DNA of 64,000 nucleotides from Gnetum montanum (Eukaryota; Plantae; Gnetophyta): NCBI GenBank assembly GCA_015680685.1, contig MNCI01001727.1, positions 51,592 to 115,591 of the forward strand, read 5' to 3'. Shown piece by piece: positions 12,466 to 24,068 of this stretch (position 1 is its first letter; each line of letters starts with the position of its first letter). The notes under the pieces were generated by a model. It saw only the letters and a program-made list of their open reading frames with translations, ran no database searches and was not told where the DNA came from. The position numbers and the translations under genes were made by a program.

Positions 12466-12641
12466 TCTATTTTATGCATAAAGCTGTAAATTGTCATAAC
12501 CAATATACGTGCGATTCCATTTATGCATCACATAAATAAAAGTAGCAAAAGAACATTAAGCTTAAGATGAAAAATCCTTAAATGTATCAAAAATATTTTC
12601 TTTCATTTCACTCTCCCACAATAAAACCATGCCTAGTCATA

Positions 12642-15600
12642 TTACGTATCCCCCCTATCACCGCTATCTCCTGTATCCCTTAGATCTATTTCTAAGTCGA
12701 GCAAATCTTCTTCATACGGGCCATCTCTACCATGAGCCACTCCTTCATAAGGGAGGTCCTCTTCACAGGGATCTTCTGCAAGGGTTTGCTTGCCAAGGCA
12801 TTGATCCCCTCCGTCACACTCTATTTCTTGTGCCCCCTCTTCATTTAGATAGACACCTTCGTTAGGCATATCTTGACCCTCCTCGTGTAGCTCCTGAAAT
12901 TAGACATAATATGTACATTAACATAGTAATAATAGTTAAGTGTGCACAGAAACAAAACTCAGTAGCGATAAGACTTACTTGTGATGATCCAGCATCAGTA
13001 GCAAAAGGGATTTGTTCCAAGCCAACCCATAGACGTTGCATAATTTCATCTTCAGTTAGCTCAGACCAAACCCCATCTCCCAGATTAGCTCCAGCCTTAA
13101 TCTTCCTCTTTTCCACACTGGTCCACTGGGGTGGTTTGGGGAAGAAAGAAGGGACAGTAACCTTCCCTCCAAGAAGAGTCATCTCTCTTTCTGGAGAATC
13201 ACTTACCATCACATGTTCTTGGAAATTCTCATAGGCCCTGGAAGCACCGATGACGTCGAGGAATAATTGCAAGGATTGAGCTTCAACGGTAGAATCTCTA
13301 TAATGATGTCGATAAGAAATACTTTCTTGCTTATAGACATGCTTATGATCTTTCTGCATTTGTCCCCACTCTTGAACCCTTGGGTAAAAATCCTTCCAGT
13401 CCTAGTTCTTCTGGGCCAGAAGATCCATTTGCATCCGCTGCTCAACCAATTCGTGACTAGTCTGGACACTATTTTTTACTACGGTCCAATAACGAGCATA
13501 ATCAATAATAGTTGTCCGCCAGTCTTCAATAGCAGGAATTCATTCCACTACCTCAAGTCTTCGACCTCGTTCATCAGAGACTCTTTCTCCCTTTCGGATT
13601 TTTGTAGTCTCTTCTAGAGGTCCTCATTGACATTTTGACACTCCCATAAGGAGTGAGCTGAGCGTATCATGCATTTACGCATTTCATCATAAATGCTATG
13701 TGGTACGTCTGTCGCCTCTGATGGAGGCTCGATGGTATCTAGGTCAATAGGTTCTGTTGGATCCCATCGGAGGTGAGCTCCTAATAAAAAATTGTAGGTT
13801 AGCCATAATTACATAGCGTAATTACATAATAGAACTACCCTAGTATGAAAACAGTAATATACCAACCCTAGGATCGACCCGCTCTAAGCGGCCGATTATC
13901 TCGTTGATGACGCCTTCCATGAAGGCGAATTTATCAAGAAATTTGCCCCAAGATTGGCTCGCAATGGTCGATGAGGGTTCACCCTAGTCACTTGTTACAT
14001 AAACAAGACAGAGATATAAAGAACAGTTTTCCTAAATGTAACAATAAAGAGATTGCGTAATGAATTATTTACCTTTCCCTATCCCAATTGGAGGTATTTC
14101 GACACCTCCCGATTCTCTCCGTTCCTCACGCACGAGAGTCTGTGCATCATTTTTTTCATTAACTGGGGCCTCCTTTTCCAAAACTTGGGTCCTTTCCGCA
14201 CTTCGTAAAACAATGGCCCCTATTTTAGGGGTTAGTTGCTCTGCATCAAAAATGGCAGTTGCGTAAAACATTGTTAAGACAGTCAGAATTTCATTTACAT
14301 GATGCAACAATAATTTATACATACTAGTCGGAGGTTTGCTCCGCTGAAACTTGACATTCAACTTCTTTCCCTTGCCACCCGCTGGCTTGACCGGTGCCTC
14401 AGTTAGACGAGGCTTCTTCTGTTGCACCGACGAGTTGACTATTTTGGCTACCAGATGCTTCCCTCTTGACGCATTGCCAGTATAAGAGGGGAGCACCCCA
14501 CCCATGCTATATGGACCCCGTTTTCGAGGTGCTACCATATCCCTTGTCATTATAGAAAATGACTCCCCTATTCCTTCAAGAGGGTCCTACGACCGAGTAG
14601 TGCCAAAGAGGTGGGAAATCCACAGTTTGGATATCTGGTCGTGGTCTTGTTGCATCTAGACTCCATTCCTTTAGATCATCAAGAACTCAAAAAAATGCTG
14701 GAGGTAGGCTATAAAGAAGGCAAAATGCACGCTAAAACGAGACTTAGACTTCTTGCGAAGTCTGACCATTTCAGCATGTAAGCCTTCGGCAAAATAGGTC
14801 ACCCAATTGAATTGAGTTCCCTCCTCCATTACCTCTCGCATGATTCGAGCCTGATCTATGGTGAGGAACTTCCCCTGCGAGAGTGTCTTGGGGAAGGCCT
14901 GAGCTCAGAATAGGGGGTAAATTGTCTTGGCCATCTGTAAATGGATCCTTTCACCGAAGATCCCCTTAGTTTCCTTCTTGACTCCTAGCCACTCCTCTAG
15001 TTGTTCCTGGCACTTTAAGCTCCTCCTTTCCTTTTCCTCTATAGGAAGGCCAAAAGAGGGAACGTTGAAGAGGTCTGTGAATAGTTGAGCGTTAATGTTG
15101 AAATTTACACTTTCGTTACGCATGCACGTGCAAAAATGCTCGGCTCCCTCACTAAAGGAGTTGAATAGGGTCAACATCTCACTTGCAAGGGCATCAGGGG
15201 TTACAGCCAAAAATAGGTCCAATAGCCATGCTTCCCGAAGGTTGTTAGTTAACACAGTTGGGGCTACTCTATGGCCAAGTCAGCGTTGTGTTTCCTTTAT
15301 GTCGCCATAACGGAAGAGGAGGCTATTTGTTTCATGAACAGAGACCATTATCGTAATCTCCCGTGACTCTTTGACTGTTGTACAAAAACAAAAATACAAT
15401 AAGGCTATTTACACATTCTTTTAACTAATAGCATCGTACAATTAATCATTACAGTAACACTCACTAGGCCCAAATGGCAACGGGAACGGAGGGATATTTA
15501 TCCGCATATCTACGGAAGTAGGAAGAGGGTCCAAATTCCATTCGCTGTCCAACCATCCATTATTTTTACATTTAGTAAAGATGTCAATATGATGAGAAGG

Positions 15601-16736
15601 ATACATCGGGATTTCAAATATCAGATGATCCATAACTGCAGCCCACACGTTGCTGATAGAGGTGAATTCCTTTATGGCACTTTCAGCTAGGGAAAATGTG
15701 TTATTATCACCCTGGAGATCCTTTTCATCGACGAAAAACCTACACAACTAAGACAGTCAGGTATTTTCCACTTAACATAAATTCAAACAATAGTTGACAT
15801 ATAGTGTTAAAATGAAAAAATAGTAAACTTACCTGCCTGCGTAATACACAACACCAGGTGGATTCTGGAAATAGGTTATGAGATAGCGGGCCACGAACAG
15901 AGTGTTATAGACGTGATAGTAGTTAAACTTGGGCATATCCTAGATCCAACTCAAACACCTCAAACCTTTGGTGCTTTTTCCGTGATCCTGCACGCACGTA
16001 ACTTCTACGGTGCCATCTATTAGGAACGACAAGATACCCTATGTCAATCCAACCAGTAGCATTTCTAGAATAGCAGCAGATACCTCGTCTGATAAATGTG
16101 ACCAGACGATAATGCTAAAATTACACAGTAAGAACTGTAGAAACTTCCGCGTGCCTCTCTGAAACCACACCGCCTTCCCCTTTAAAAGGATATGAGAGGG
16201 AGGAAGATTGGCTACGGGAACACCAATACAGCATAAAACGCCCATGATGTCCAAAACAATAAGGACATGCTTTAACATAATACTGTATAGGACATAAATA
16301 TTATGCTATTAGGCAAATCATTAGGCAAATCAAACAAACATAGAAACCTATCACACAAGACAAAATCTCTCTTCATGACCAGAAAAACTACAGATTACGC
16401 TTAAGTCACGCAGTCGAAATCGCCCAAACCCTTGCCATAGCACAAGGTCTATCTTTGACAACGACAATGAAAGCAACATTGCATACCGCTCAAGCGTAAT
16501 ATCGCAAATGTTACGCTATGCAAACACCATATATATGCTACTTAAACCCTTGTGTCAATACAAGGTCCTTTTACAAAATAACAAAAAAAATATACAAGCA
16601 GATGAGAGGCGGCTTACCAATTCAGTGGATTCACTTCCTGGACTTCCACCATGGCTTGTGAAGCTCTTTGCAGACTTTCCTTCACCTCGTCGATCTTTCC
16701 TAATTTGGCATTCTTTCCTTTGACTTTCGGTGCCAT
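12642..16736 (-). pseudogene. Multi-exon antisense accessory gene of element B: FCP1/SCP(NIF)-like HAD domain, plant-transposon domain, coiled coil, acidic tail (~1,050-1,100 codons, now with stops)
   Basis: Exons 16736-16618, 16282-15833, 15739-15465, 15374-~14325, ~14260-14073, ~13995-13863, 13780-12979 and 12893-12642. The first three and the last GT-AG junctions were checked and keep frame. Motifs LIVLDIMGVL, KAVWFQRGTRKFLQFLLCNFSIIVWS, YNTLFV...NPP. One frameshift near 13540. Confidence 0.8.
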
Positions 16737-17210
16737 AATCATGATTGAGTAAACCTCTGCAAACTGAACTATGATGCCTTGCTCCTGCTCTAATTCTCCA
16801 ATAGTTAGATTCAAATTCGTAATATCTAACAGCCTGTTTTGAGCATGAACCACTAGCTTATATACCAAGATGACTCAAAACTAACTGATTCTATACGTAA
16901 TTGAGGTGGGACTTTCCTAAAATGTTGGTGCCAGCGTGACATGGAGCCCAAAGATTAGGGCATTAATTTCATAGATATCGCATCAATTACGGTCTAAAAA
17001 GACCCTAAATTAATACATCTTATCACCTCGTAATCCAGTCACATTAATTACAATTCAAAGAATTCAAATTCAGTTGGCTTTACATGCTTGATAAGTTACA
17101 CTACACCTCTCGCTTTACAGACAAAATCACATGCTAACATTTACGATGCTTAGTCTATCATCCTCTAACCACCTTCATCTTTTTTGACAATTTTGTAGGA
17201 CACTTTACAA

Positions 17211-20200
17211 ATGGACACAGCTTTATCTGCACCCTTATCCCTAACAGGCCCATACGGAGAAATCAATAGACAGTTCAACCACACGCTCGTAGAAACGAAC
17301 CATTCCCTTCATGACATAACCATAGCAACATCGGAAATGTCCCCAGACTGGCCAAAATACTTAGCTTAAATGCTAGACCTAGAAGCTGGTGATGTGATCG
17401 AGGAACCTCTCAATGAGATCCCTGGGGTTACGCATAAAGGTCAAAGAAAAAATCTTAAGGTTAGTTCTCTACTAGACCAAAAGCCACGAAACGATATAAC
17501 GCAGGTACTCCAGAATAATGTCACTGTATTCGCGTGGTCATATGAAGACATGCCAAGGTTAGATCCGAGGCTAATTCAACATAACATAATCCTAGATCCA
17601 CACGTCAAAACAGTTAAACAAAAAGCACGGAAGATTAAGCAAGAAATCACGTTAGCAGTGCGTGATAAAATCACCAAACTATATCAGTCTATTTTTATCC
17701 ATGTAGTCGATTACTCAGATTGGGTGTCTAACATCGTGGTTGTCTCTAAGAAAACAGGAGGAATACGCATCTGTATAGATTTCCGGGATCTGAACAAGGC
17801 CACAATTAAGGACAACTTTTCACTACTGAACATCGACCAACTGGTTGACACCACTATTAGACACGCACTTCTATCCTTCATGGATGGGTTTTCAGGCTAT
17901 AACCAAATTCGTATCAATCCAGAACATCAATTGACCACAACATTCATGACACCCTGGGGAACCTTCTATTATATCATGATGCCTTTTGGTTTAAAAAACC
18001 CTGGGGCCACCTATCAACGAGCTATGACGTACATCTTTAGTGATTATCTCTTAGGAAGATTGAATGATTATGTAGATGACATAGATGTAAAATATTTGGA
18101 GTCAAAGGACCATTCAGGAGACCTAGAGTTAATCCTTAAAAGATGTCTCAAACACAACCTGCGGCTCAACCCAAAGAAGTGCATATTCAGAGTCAAAACC
18201 GGATGCATGTTAGGATTTGTAGTATCAGAAACAAGCATTCGAGTCGACCTCGACAAGATCAAAGCCATTGTTGAAATGACACCTCCTACAAATCTCAAAC
18301 AACTACGTGGGTTGCAGGGAAGATTACAGTTCATCAGGTGGTTCATTTCAAGGTTAACAGATAAGTTGCATCCTATGCAACACCTGCTTAAGAAGGGGGT
18401 TAATTTTGAGTGGACCGATGACTGTCAGCACAGGTTTGACAATTTGAAAGTAGAGCTTTAGCGTCTACCAATGATCTTCCCACCACAAAGGGATCAACCG
18501 TTCTACATCTACTTGGCAAGCTCAGTCATATCAATAGCTACGTTACTCTACCAAAAGCGAGACGATGGGTTAGAGGTGCCTATCTACTACTTGATTCACA
18601 CTCTATTTGCATACAAAACGAGGTACAACAAAGTAGAGCGTAACTATTTGACATTGGTGTTTGTGCTTAAAAAATGTAGACACTATTTTTTCCGTAGCTA
18701 GGTTAACATAGTATACGAAAATAACATTTTTTGCGCCATTACAAGCAATTTATACGAGAACAGTAGAATAGCTCACTGGAAGGCCATCATAGCAGAATTC
18801 GGCCTACACTATATTGGCCAATCTTCTATGAAAGGCCAAGCAATAGTTGACCAGCTTGTAACATCACCCATTAACAACCAAGCCACAATAGAGCCTAAAT
18901 TTCCTAATGAACATGTTCATAGTCTAAGCCCTGTACTAACAGGCCTTGAAGCAACGTTGCATTTCAACGGAGCTTCAACAACCAGAGGTAGCAGCACCGT
19001 CATTGTTATTACGCTCTCACCTGAGGATGTGCATCTATATGCTTATCGCCTAACCTTCCCTTGTACGAACAACGTGGCAGAGTACGAAGAGCTCCTCAGA
19101 GGGCTATTAATAGCAAGAGAACTCAACATTGAACACATGGCGATTTGAGGCGATTCGATGTTAGTTTTCAATCCAATCACTAGAGTCTACACCTGCAAAG
19201 CTGTACATCTATAGCCCTACTACGATACAACTTAAGATCTCCTAAAGTAATTCACAACGACCGATGTGCAACATGTGCCTCGTAATGACAACACTTTAGC
19301 CGATGCACTAGCTACGCTAGCATTAAATATACCGCCGCATCTGTTTGCTGCTTGGCCTACTTTGATGATAGAGTGTGCAGACCTCATCATTCAGGCAGTA
19401 CAAATATCTTCACCAAATGTGGGTGGGATGCCAGAATGGTATGACAATATTAAAACTTACCTTCTACATGGTGAACCACCGCATGAGCTAACACATGTGT
19501 AGAAAGATGCAGTACGCAAACGTGCTAGATAGTACGTCATTATCGGAGACAGTACTCTCTGTAGACGTTCTTTTGATGGCATATTGCTGACGTGCGTTAA
19601 TAAAGACCAAGCATAGCGAATAATTAGTGAAGTCCACGAGGGACTATGTGGAGGACACGTAGCCCCGCGAGCCATGGCTGCTAAAATTTGATGCTTAGGG
19701 TATTATTGGCCCTACATGGAAAAATATTGCCTTACCAAGGTTAAGACATGTGACACGTGCCAGCGTTACACAAATCTAATGCACGTGTCACCAAAAGAGC
19801 TACACACTACCCAAAGTACTTGACCATTTCAACGATGGGGACTAGATATCATAGGCCCCATTGTGCCTAAAACTTCTGTTGGGCATAACTTCATCATCAC
19901 AGCCACTGAGTATTTCACGAAGTGGGTTGAGGCTATTCCCTTATGAAAGATCACATCTCAATAGGTTTGCAATCTTATCTTGGATAACATAGTCACTAGA
20001 TTTGGACTCCTTATGAATATTGTGACCGACAATGGGCCATAATTTAGTAGTACAGAAACCAAATCTTTTTGTGATAGCCTTGGTATCAAACAATCTTTTT
20101 CTTCACCCTACTACCTGCAAGCGAATGGTCAAGAAAAAGCCAAGAATAAAGTCATTATCAATTTGCTCAAGAAAATGCTTAGCAGTAATAAGAAACGATG

Positions 20201-20678
20201 GCACGAAAAGATCCTCTATGTGCTATGGGCTTATCGTACGACATGCCGAACGACTACAGACAGGACGCCCTATAGCCTAGTCTATGGATCTAAAGCGATG
20301 TTGCCCCTGGAGCTACAGGTTCCTTCACTACGGATGGTTCTCTCCACAGTTATAAATGAGACTCAACACAACGAGTCTCAAATCGTGGATTTAGACTTGG
20401 TAGAGGAGAAACGCATTCAAATGCTCGACACCATCGAGAAGTACCAGGAGAAATAAAGATAGAAGCACTGGCATAATCTGCATCAATGACAGATCAAGAA
20501 AGGATATTTAGTTCTCAAGGCCATTCATGAACTAGTGAGAAAATTCTCTACGAACTGGGAGGGCCCTTTTCTGGTCATTGGTGTATATGGTAACGGGACA
20601 TTCAAGCTAGCAGATACAGACGACAATGAATTATCGAATCTTGTGAATCACCTGCATTTGAAATGGTACTACATCTAG
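17211..20678 (+). pseudogene. pol: pol of element B: RT, RNase H, archaeal-type RNase H, integrase (in-frame stops)
   Basis: RICIDFRDLN, MPFGLKNPGATYQR, DYVDDI; aRH LHFNGAS...CTNNVAEYE; integrase HEGLCGGH...CDTCQR, GLDIIGP, YFTKWVEA, WEGPF. Confidence 0.95.
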
Positions 20679-20711
20679 ACATCGACTTCGCCTAAAACGC
20701 AAGGTAAGAAA

Positions 20712-21110
20712 TGTCTGCTACGACATAAAACTAGCAAAGTTTTGAATGTCCACTACAATGTAAAACTAGCAAAGTTGTGAACATTTTCTATGACTTAAAA
20801 CTGGCATTTCTTGCACGTGTCCTCCACGATGCTAAATTGGCAAGCAGCTACGACTGTCCGCCATGACGTTAAACTAGCAAGGTAAGCACTCATCTTCTAA
20901 GACATTAAACCAGCACAGACTTTTCCCTGGGTCATGACATGAAACTGACACCCACAGCATGGTCTGCTAAGACCATAAAACAACTCTACGACCATCCGCT
21001 ACGACGTAAAACTAGCACACCTTAGTCTACCCAAACTCTAAACCAGGACCATGGTCCACTGGGACTTAAAACCAGTAGTAACGGTCTACTAGGACTCAAA
21101 ATTGGAATCC
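20712..21110 (+). repeat. Array of ~11 repeats of ~35-bp period, consensus GTCCGCTACGACGTAAAACTAGCA, in the 3' UTR of B
   Basis: Visible directly after the integrase stop; ~24-nt conserved core separated by variable spacers. Confidence 0.85.
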
Positions 21111-21877
21111 TTCCACCAGCAATATACAAAGTAAGCGAGTGTGACCATTCTTGCACAGCATCCCTACCAGGCAGAACAGGTGGGATGTTGCGACAGCCTT
21201 GGCATTGCCAACCTACCGGCATTCTCCTGATTCCTCGGACATGCCGAAAGGCATTCTACTGACCCCTCGGAGATACCGCTGTGACAACCACTTTGTAGTT
21301 GTAGCTCCTGGAAGTCAGCTTCACCGTTTGGAGTCCCAAGGGAGTTCTCATCAGCCATGAACTTGGAGGCCTCTGCCCGTTGTTACCACCAGACTCTGGC
21401 TTCCCAGATTCATCTGACTGGTTCTTTGCACAGCCAGTTGGATACAGTGAGTCTGACTGTCGATGGTAGATTTTTGAACTGTGGAATCAAGATTGGGACC
21501 TTGGCCTCCTTCTACAGTTCCTTCTTAATGCCTCAATCGCTCCTTCTCGCTTTGGATGGTACTTGTTTCAAAAACCTCCCTAGCGATTAGGAAGTTCAAT
21601 TGTGTCCTCTATTGTCTGTTATGTTTGCAAGTCACTTGCAACGAGGGCATTGTTCAAAGGTGCATTCACTGAAGTGGCAAGGTATCGACAACATTCTGAG
21701 ATGGTGGCTCAGATTAGCCTGGCCACTTAGGAGTGCAAACCCTACCTTCCCCATGACCCAACATCCTATTCTCCTTTCTCTTTCCCTAAGCTTGACAACC
21801 CTTTCCATTCGCTTCCTCTTTTTTGTACACAATATGAACACGCACAAAGTTTCTTCACATATGTATTACTATTAGGC

Positions 21878-22043
21878 CCATGAATTGGTGTAACACAACT
21901 CGCCTCATGGAATGCCACAAGTAATACTAATCAAACCCGTGAATTGGTGTAACATAACTCACCTCATGGGAATGTCTTTCAAAAAAAATGGATGTAACAC
22001 AAATCATCCAGGCCATGCGGGCGTAACACAACTTGTCCATGCA
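21878..22043 (+). repeat. Four tandem hairpins sharing the loop TAACACAACT
   Basis: GGTG-loop-CGCC, GGTG-loop-CACC, TGGATG-loop-CATCCA, GGGCG-loop-TGTCC. Confidence 0.8.
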
Positions 22044-22335
22044 AGCCCTTCGTCTGCAGTATAACGGCACAACTTCTCGCCAATACAATCGCGAGAGGAT
22101 GCCTGAAAACTTGTTTGCGAAAGTGCTGTGTTCACAAAGTTGAGTCTTCCCTAAACCTCTTTTGTATTTGGGTCTTCCCCGAACCTCCCATACTTTTCCT
22201 TCCCCTCACTTTTGCATTTCCAGGTTGGCCGAGTGACATTTGATCAACCATCGAAGTACGTTGTTGGTGCCTTTACCTTTTTGGTGTTTTGTATTCTTTG
22301 TCGACGTCTTTCGGGCAAGTCCTCTAAATGTCAAC

Positions 22336-22348
22336 AAAGAGGGGCCAT
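22336..22348 (+). promoter_or_regulatory. Polypurine tract of element B
   Basis: AAAGAGGGG(CCAT) immediately before the 3' LTR. Confidence 0.75.
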
Positions 22349-23802
22349 TAAAACACCATAAAAAATTGTAAGGCATTAGTAGACCCAAAGAAGATTTTGC
22401 AACTCGGGTAGAGATTTGCGGCAAAATGCAGGTGCAGCAAGTCCCTTTTAGCTAAGGGTCAATTGTGCCACCCAAGGAAAAATCCGGGAAAAACAAAATG
22501 AGATAGAGGGATACATGATGTCGAAGCCTTCGAATTTTTCAAAACTTTATCCTTTTGTTCATTACGCTGTCTTATGCAACATTGTGTAATATCGCTCACC
22601 GTAATTTTGCTTGGCGAAGCGTAACGACACAAGGCAGTCTACCATGACAACAGAGTCGACAAGAATTCAAGACTTCAATAGACGTAACAAACAATTTAAG
22701 GCCTAAGAAATGGTCTGCAGCATGCCACGCATGTCAGGAAATCTCTTGGTCAAAGTTTTTATTACGCTACATTACGCAATGTAGCGTAATAATCAAAGCC
22801 AGAAGAAACACAATAACGGTATCTCTACCTTGCGTAAGACTGCTGTGTTACACTTTATTATGCTGCACAACATAAATAAGCGTAATGCAGTGTAAAGTTA
22901 GCAAAAGCCTTGTAGTACAAGCATCCACAATTCATATGCAACAATACGCTCTCTAGCGTATTGCAGCATAATCAGAAGGCATCCCAGCAAAAGTGGTTTA
23001 CAACGCATTACGCTCCAGAGCATCGTGCAGTGTGGCGTCATGAGCTTAAAGGACATAAGCATTTCAAGTCAACGACATCTTATAATTTTAGGACACATGT
23101 TACATAAACCATGTTTTTCTCTAGAGCCTAAACTTATAAATACTCCAGGTGTTAAAAAATCAGCAGAAGGAAAATTTCAGGGGACAACAACAATTGTCAG
23201 CAACTCCTTAGCGAAGATTGGAAAAGAGAAAAAAAGTAGATCAGTGACTGTGAGAGCATTGGTTGTGATCAGCGAGACTTGTCTATCCAAGGGCAGCCAT
23301 TTGAGAGACATTCTACTCCGGGTTTTGACCTTCCTTGCACCCGAATTTGGCCAGAACAAGGTAGATCGACCCTCATATGTTTCACCTTTGAATAGTTTTC
23401 TTACTATTTGTGCATGCTTCATCTAAAACGAAGCCCTTTGCTAAGTCATTGTACATCATACATTTTCATTTCACAAATTAAATCTAAGATCTCAGGGTTG
23501 TATACTTCTCCGAAATCCGATCTATTTTGTTTCACCAATACATATTTTACGAGTATTTTTTACATCATTTTCAATTCCTTAGACGATTAACAATATTATA
23601 TCGCTTTGTAAAAATTCACCATCCGCTACCTAAAGATCTAAAAGTTTTACTGATTAAGTAAGTCCCTATCTAATTGACAAGACCGTTCAGGGCACCTTGG
23701 ATTTATTTTCTCCAGCATGGCCCTCGCACGGATCTGGGGTTGGAATTGTGTACATGGATTTTCGCTCGGTATTTCTAACGATCGACATTTTCCATCGTTA
23801 CA
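22349..23802 (+). repeat. 3' LTR of element B
   Basis: Direct repeat of 3430-4929 (first TG mutated to TA), ends GTTACA, followed by TSD CATTC. Confidence 0.93.
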
Positions 23803-23807
23803 CATTC

Positions 23808-24068
23808 AATGACTCTTGCTACTGGCACTTGAGAGAAAAATTCTAACTCTTAAGTGAACAAATAGCAAGATCTTCATTGCTAATAAATCTTGGTTGTCAT
23901 AAATGTAGTTGGTGAACGCATATTTACAGCTGAATACAGACACTACATCAATGGGGCCTCATCGACGCATGATATGATGCATTGACAAGGCCTTGTCGAC
24001 GAGGCCTAATTGACGAGGCCACATCAACGAGGCCTTGTTGTTGTAGCCAATATAATTGTGACTCATCA
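23808..24068 (-). repeat. LTR J, right piece
   Basis: TTGTCATAAATGTAGTTGGTG...CATATTTA matches the reverse complement of the F LTR; ends CTCATCA. Confidence 0.75.

Larger units (their letters stand above)
3430..23802 (+). mobile_element. Element B: full-length Tat/Ogre-type Ty3/gypsy retrotransposon (gag-PR, antisense gene, RT-RH-aRH-INT)
   Basis: Paired ~1.45-1.5 kb LTRs, TSD CACTC/CATTC, PBS, PPT, and an extra archaeal-type RNase H between RH and INT. Confidence 0.93.

Noticed and set aside
11900-17200. Independent host gene or DNA transposon inserted in B
   Set aside because: No TIR, TSD or Helitron ends seen, and a homologue occupies the same position in element G.
18068-18346. Antisense ORFs overlapping pol (also 40257-40529, 55626-55880)
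   Set aside because: Shadow frames of RT, PR and INT coding sequence.
20712-21110. CRISPR-like repeat-spacer look (also 12130-12465)
   Set aside because: Repeats are degenerate, spacers are short or related to each other, there are no cas genes, and the context is a eukaryotic retrotransposon.
23025-23590. ORFs inside B's LTRs (also 4305-4554) and AT-rich ORFs at 29006-30060
   Set aside because: No recognisable domains, frames differ between LTR copies, and composition is low-complexity.
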